Positions 25,503 to 29,115 of a DNA stretch of 29,115 nt are shown here, piece by piece; within the stretch, counting starts at the first letter, position 1, and each line of letters starts with the position of its first letter. The stretch is taken from the IMG/VR virus record IMGVR_UViG_2547132281_000011. One strand, 5' to 3'. The translations under genes and the position numbers were made by a program. A model generated the notes under the pieces. The model made no database searches. It saw only the letters and a list, made by a program, of their open reading frames with translations, and had not been told where the DNA came from. The stretch is from a virus (lineage: Duplodnaviria > Heunggongvirae > Uroviricota > Caudoviricetes).

Positions 25503-25766
25503 ATGAAATCCACCACAGGTATCAACCAGCAAATCAGCAAAGTGCAGTCAGCCATTATGGCGCTTAAGGCGACGAACACGGATGTACAAAGCATCACCAT
25601 CAGGGGTAACAAACCTGTCATCCGCGTTTCCCGGAGTGCGCATTGCATGCGCATGCTTGAGCAGGGAAAGGCCTGTTATACCGGACATGACCACAGGGGA
25701 TATTTCCGTCAGGGCGTTTTCGAACTGCACGGCTGTCGCGTCGTGTGGCCGGAATCTTTGTGGTAA
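25503..25766 (+). CDS. Hypothetical early protein (Kil position)
   Basis: 87 aa directly after the ATPase gene; function not recognisable. Confidence 0.45.
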   Translation: MKSTTGINQQISKVQSAIMALKATNTDVQSITIRGNKPVIRVSRSAHCMRMLEQGKACYTGHDHRGYFRQGVFELHGCRVVWPESLW

Positions 25767-25793
25767 TCAGCACAACTGGAGAAATCATAAGAT

Positions 25794-26324
25794 ATGGCAA
25801 AAAGTACAAAAGGGGCAAAACGTATCAAGTCCGCAGCGGCACTCTGGGTACCGGGGACACGCGAAGAGGTCATTGAGGGAATCAGACTGCTCGGTGACGC
25901 ACAACGTGAACTGGTCAGGGCTGAAACAGAAATGAATGACGCCATTGGCGATATCACCGCACGTTATGCCCCGCTCACCGAGAGCCTAAAAAAACGCATG
26001 GCCGAACTGCAGTCCGGTATTCAGACATGGTGTGAGGCACACCGTGATGAACTGACCGGCAACGGGAAGGTGAAGTTCGCTAACCTCACCACCGGCGAGG
26101 TGCAGTGGCGAAACCGTCCGCCATCAGTCAGTATCCGTGGAGCGGATAATGTTATTGAACTACTGAGACGTCTGGGGCTTGAGCGCTTTATTCGTGTAAA
26201 AGAGGAAATAAATAAAGATTCCATTCTGAATGAAAAAGAGGCCGTGAAAAATATTCCCGGTATTACCATAAAAAGTGATATTGAGGATTTTTCAATAATT
26301 CCTTTTGAGCAGGATGTGCAGTAA
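25794..26324 (+). CDS. gam: Gam-like DNA-end binding / host nuclease inhibitor protein
   Basis: 176 aa; MAKSTKGAKRIKSAAALWVP... and ...VQWRNRPPSVSIRG...IEDFSIIPFEQ closely resemble Mu Gam as recalled. Confidence 0.85.
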   Translation: MAKSTKGAKRIKSAAALWVPGTREEVIEGIRLLGDAQRELVRAETEMNDAIGDITARYAPLTESLKKRMAELQSGIQTWCEAHRDELTGNGKVKFANLTTGEVQWRNRPPSVSIRGADNVIELLRRLGLERFIRVKEEINKDSILNEKEAVKNIPGITIKSDIEDFSIIPFEQDVQ

Positions 26325-26421
26325 ACACACCACGTTAATTATTTAATAAAAACATTTTCTTTTTTATTCCGGCGTCAGCGCCGTGGGCTTCTGCACGCCG
26401 GAAACAGAGGAGAATTAAATT

Positions 26422-26616
26422 ATGATATTTAAATGTATTCAGTGCGAGAGGGATATAACAGCCCTGCGTTTTCACAGCGCCATCGCCGTGATGTCCGGTA
26501 AGTACCACGTACCTGCAGTACGTGTCACCCTGGTCTGTCCGTACTGCAGCCAGCATTTTTCGGCGGACGTGCCCGTCATGGAATTCTTCCGCCCTGACAG
26601 GGAGGACGCGCAATGA
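26422..26616 (+). CDS. Small zinc-ribbon protein
   Basis: 64 aa with CxxC ... CPYC pairs; GAGGAG RBS. Confidence 0.45.
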   Translation: MIFKCIQCERDITALRFHSAIAVMSGKYHVPAVRVTLVCPYCSQHFSADVPVMEFFRPDREDAQ

Positions 26617-26885
26617 TTACCCCACAGGACGCAGAAAAACGGACCCGCGAAATTGTCGCGGAATATATCCGTGAATGTGGTTGTAAAACCCCCAACCATA
26701 TCCGGCTGGTATTAACCAAATTAATCAGCATGGCCGCGCAGGCTATTGTGGCGACCAACGGAAAGGAGGCTGCCCTGCAGGTACTGGTGAACACACTCAC
26801 CCACACGGCAGAGCATGAGGTGCCGTACCGGATGGAAACTACTGCAGAAGGCGGCCTGCACATCACCGTCGACCGGAAGCACTGA
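26613..26885 (+). CDS. Hypothetical early protein
   Basis: 90 aa, ATGA-coupled to the upstream gene. Confidence 0.45.
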   Translation: MITPQDAEKRTREIVAEYIRECGCKTPNHIRLVLTKLISMAAQAIVATNGKEAALQVLVNTLTHTAEHEVPYRMETTAEGGLHITVDRKH

Positions 26886-26894
26886 GGGCGCGAC

Positions 26895-27200
26895 ATGACA
26901 CGAAACACCGAACTCACCCGCACCGCCCTCTACCGTCTGGCTCTGCAGCGTTTCGGGCCGGATGCACAGGCCCTGAAACTGACAGAAGAGGCCGCCGAAC
27001 TGGCGGCCAGTGCCGCCCGCAACCTGAACGGACAGGGCAGCGAAAGTGACCTCGCGGCAGAGCTGGCAGACGTGGAAATCATGACAGAGCAGTTGCGCCT
27101 TCAGGGGATGGACCGGCTGATTGACTTCCACAAACAGAAAAAACTGGAACGCCTTGCCGCACGGCTGGGCGTCATGTACACCGGAGATACTGAACAATGA
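26895..27200 (+). CDS. MazG-like nucleotide pyrophosphohydrolase-fold protein
   Basis: 101 aa with paired acidic helices LTEEAAELAASAARNL and LAAELADVEIMTEQL typical of the MazG/all-alpha NTP-PPase fold. Confidence 0.5.
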   Translation: MTRNTELTRTALYRLALQRFGPDAQALKLTEEAAELAASAARNLNGQGSESDLAAELADVEIMTEQLRLQGMDRLIDFHKQKKLERLAARLGVMYTGDTEQ

Positions 27201-27880
27201 CAGACCAGGATAAACACATTGAGAAACTGAAAAAGTTGCTGGCGCTGGCCGCATCCGGCAACCCTCACGAGGCCGCTCTGGCACTGCGCCGTGCCCGTAA
27301 ACTGATGGATGTTCACGGCATCACACATTCCGACATCGCCATGAGTGATATTGATGAAACCATCAGTCACTACTGGCCGACAGGCAGCCTCCGTCCACCG
27401 CGCTACATGCTGGGCCTGATGAACATCATCCGCGAGGCATTTGGTGTTAACTCCATCATTCACCCCGGCACATATCCGGGTGTGGGGTTCTACGGCAACC
27501 GGGAACGGGCTGCACTGGCTGCGTACACCTGGGAAGTGCTGGCCCGCCAGCTGAAAAAGGCGCGTCAGCAATATATCAGCGCACAGAACAAAAGAATAAA
27601 AACTGCCACCCGTACCAGCCGTGGTGACCAGTTTGCTGAAGGCTGGGTGCTGGCCGTTATCAGTGAAATACAGTCCTTCGCCCTGACCGATGACGAACGT
27701 GAACTGATGCAGCAGTGGCTGGAACATAAATACCCGCAAACGCAAACCACCAGGGCGCGTAAACCGGGAAGAAGCCGCAATGGCGACGCCTCGCGCTATG
27801 CGGGGTTTCGTGAAGGGCAGAACGTCAGACTGCACCGCCCGGTCAGTGGGCAGGAACAACAGAAACTGGAGGCCAGATGA
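27197..27880 (+). CDS. Early protein with DUF2786-like N-terminus
   Basis: 227 aa; HIEKLKKLLALAASGNPHEAALALRRARKLMDVHGIT matches the pattern of that family as recalled; ATGA-coupled. Confidence 0.55.
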   Translation: MTDQDKHIEKLKKLLALAASGNPHEAALALRRARKLMDVHGITHSDIAMSDIDETISHYWPTGSLRPPRYMLGLMNIIREAFGVNSIIHPGTYPGVGFYGNRERAALAAYTWEVLARQLKKARQQYISAQNKRIKTATRTSRGDQFAEGWVLAVISEIQSFALTDDERELMQQWLEHKYPQTQTTRARKPGRSRNGDASRYAGFREGQNVRLHRPVSGQEQQKLEAR

Positions 27881-28107
27881 TTACGCTATCAGGTAACAGC
27901 CGGAAATTAAAAGCCTGCCGAATATCTGCCAGATACCTTTTTGCCCGCGCCTTTTTTAAGAACGTCAGGCCGGGGATCACAATTGGTGTTATTGCCGGAC
28001 GCGAACAGGTTGAAAAATACATGTCAGGTGCATGGTGGAATAACGACCCTGTCATTGCTGCCCGTAATATTCATATCAGTTGGGGGGATATTCAGAATGA
28101 CTGCTGA
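27877..28107 (+). CDS. Hypothetical early protein
   Basis: 76 aa, ATGA-coupled. Confidence 0.4.
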   Translation: MITLSGNSRKLKACRISARYLFARAFFKNVRPGITIGVIAGREQVEKYMSGAWWNNDPVIAARNIHISWGDIQNDC

Positions 28108-28312
28108 ATCTGTTGTATGTGCCATGTTCTGGTATTGTTTTGTCGGTTGGTGTACTGCTGAACTGCACCGCCGTTCAGGGTTTTATTCACGTTACAGTGG
28201 TGCCGGCTACTGGATTAGCTGGTCGGTGATGTTCCTGTGCTGGCCTGTGGCGCTTCCTTTATATGTCGATTATATCGGTGGCGCAGGTAAAAGGAGCAAC
28301 GATGATGATTAA
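28097..28312 (+). CDS. Small hydrophobic membrane protein
   Basis: 71 aa from ATG 28097; two hydrophobic stretches rich in W/C/F. Confidence 0.4.
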   Translation: MTAESVVCAMFWYCFVGWCTAELHRRSGFYSRYSGAGYWISWSVMFLCWPVALPLYVDYIGGAGKRSNDDD

Positions 28313-28754
28313 ACAACGTCTTATCCAGCTCATTCATATTGCCCGTAATGAACTGGGTATGGATGAAGACACCTACCGCCAGATGTTACAGGGGCTGACC
28401 GGTAAAGCCTCAACCAAAGGAATGGATACCACACAACTAAACTGCGTGCTGGAATCCATGAAAAGGAAAGGCTTTCGCGTTAAGCCTGCCGGAAAAGCCA
28501 GCTCCGGTTTACCGCTGGATAACCATCCGCAGTCCAGGAAAATCCGTGCGCTATGGATTGAAATGGCTGCTGCCGGCATTGTTCGTGACCGTTCAGAAAA
28601 TGCATTAGCGCGGTGGATCAAGCGGGAAACGGGCATCAGCGCCCTGCGCTGGCTCAATACTGAACAGGCAAGCAGTGTTATTGAGAAACTGAAGAAGTGG
28701 CAGCGCAGAGCTGCGGGAGTAAAACATGAGCGACCTGAATCAGTTTCGAAGTAA
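28302..28754 (+). CDS. gemA: GemA-like early regulatory protein (Mu gp16 family)
   Basis: 150 aa from ATG 28302 behind AAGGAG; position immediately upstream of the Mor-like gene; family assignment from recall only. Confidence 0.65.
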   Translation: MMIKQRLIQLIHIARNELGMDEDTYRQMLQGLTGKASTKGMDTTQLNCVLESMKRKGFRVKPAGKASSGLPLDNHPQSRKIRALWIEMAAAGIVRDRSENALARWIKRETGISALRWLNTEQASSVIEKLKKWQRRAAGVKHERPESVSK

Positions 28755-29115
28755 AGGGCCGGAACTCCTGGTGGAACTGGCACAGCATACCTCTGAGACC
28801 GTTCGCGAGATTATTGATATTGAGCCCGCAATTGCCGACCAGATTGGTCAGGCTGTCGCGAACCGAATGATGCAGGTCTGGGGCGGGCAAAACGTTTATT
28901 TCCCAATGGGCATGGTATGGAAGGTCAGTCAGCGCGACCGGGAAATCTTCAGGGAGTTTAACGGACGCAACCACCACGAACTGGCCCGCAAATTTGGTGT
29001 TTCGCTTCAGTGGGTCTACAGCGTGGTTAAGCGGGTAAGAAAAGAAGAACTGGATCGGATGCAGGGCAAGCTATTTGCTGATGAACCCGATGCAGATACG
29101 GAGAAAAAAGAGTAA
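28726..29115 (+). CDS. mor: Mor-like middle-operon transcriptional activator (Mor/C family)
   Basis: 129 aa; C-terminal HTH ELARKFGVSLQWVYSVVKR and FNGRN motif as in Mu Mor; overlaps GemA-like gene. Confidence 0.75.
   Translation: MSDLNQFRSKGPELLVELAQHTSETVREIIDIEPAIADQIGQAVANRMMQVWGGQNVYFPMGMVWKVSQRDREIFREFNGRNHHELARKFGVSLQWVYSVVKRVRKEELDRMQGKLFADEPDADTEKKE

Larger units (their letters stand above)
20567..29115 (+). mobile_element. Early (regulation-transposition-semi-essential) arm of a Mu-like transposable prophage; continues beyond window end
   Basis: Order repressor, Ner-like, DDE transposase, AAA+ ATPase, Gam, GemA, Mor as in the Mu left arm. Confidence 0.8.

Noticed and set aside
26335-26613. 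92-aa minus-strand ORF opposite the zinc-ribbon gene; imperfect hairpin at 26370-26401
   Set aside because: Antisense to a well-placed plus-strand gene with a good RBS; the hairpin has no adjacent U-tract on either strand, so not called as a terminator.
1-29115. CRISPR arrays, tRNA/rRNA genes, IS elements, integrase/att sites
   Set aside because: No direct-repeat/spacer periodicity, no tRNA-like structure noticed by eye, and no tyrosine integrase ORF; the element carries Mu-type DDE transposition genes instead. A tRNA scan was not run.

Overview
This 29.1-kb window is almost entirely Mu-like (transposable, contractile-tailed) prophage DNA, GC-rich apart from one AT-rich island at about 18.9-21.3 kb. 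All calls come from reading ORF translations and sequence motifs by eye; no database search was run. Left arm, 1-17.6 kb, all on the minus strand: serine invertase gin, a ~1.8-kb invertible tail-fibre segment bounded by two 26-bp crossover sites (626-653, 2445-2470), tail fibre and assembly proteins, a P2 gpI / Mu gp48-like protein, tail chaperone with overlapping frameshift ORF, tube, sheath, head-tail proteins, major capsid, protease/scaffold, Mu G/F-like proteins, portal, terminase, and a lysis cassette (membrane-anchored lytic transglycosylase, Rz with embedded Rz1, holin-like protein). Tape-measure and baseplate genes are missing between the chaperone and the gpI-like gene, so this arm looks tail-defective. 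Right arm, 20.6-29.1 kb, plus strand: XRE-type repressor (minus strand), Ner/Cro-like protein, MuA-like DDE transposase, MuB-like AAA+ ATPase, Gam, a MazG-like protein, GemA and Mor; it runs off the window end. The two arms point in opposite directions, unlike the colinear Mu map, so an inversion or two nested/adjacent prophages is implied. Between them, an AT-rich two-gene operon (328-aa single-pass membrane protein plus 203-aa protein) is translationally coupled to the repressor gene; this is my best candidate for an undescribed lysogeny-expressed exclusion or defence module. No rRNA, tRNA, CRISPR array or IS element was recognised.
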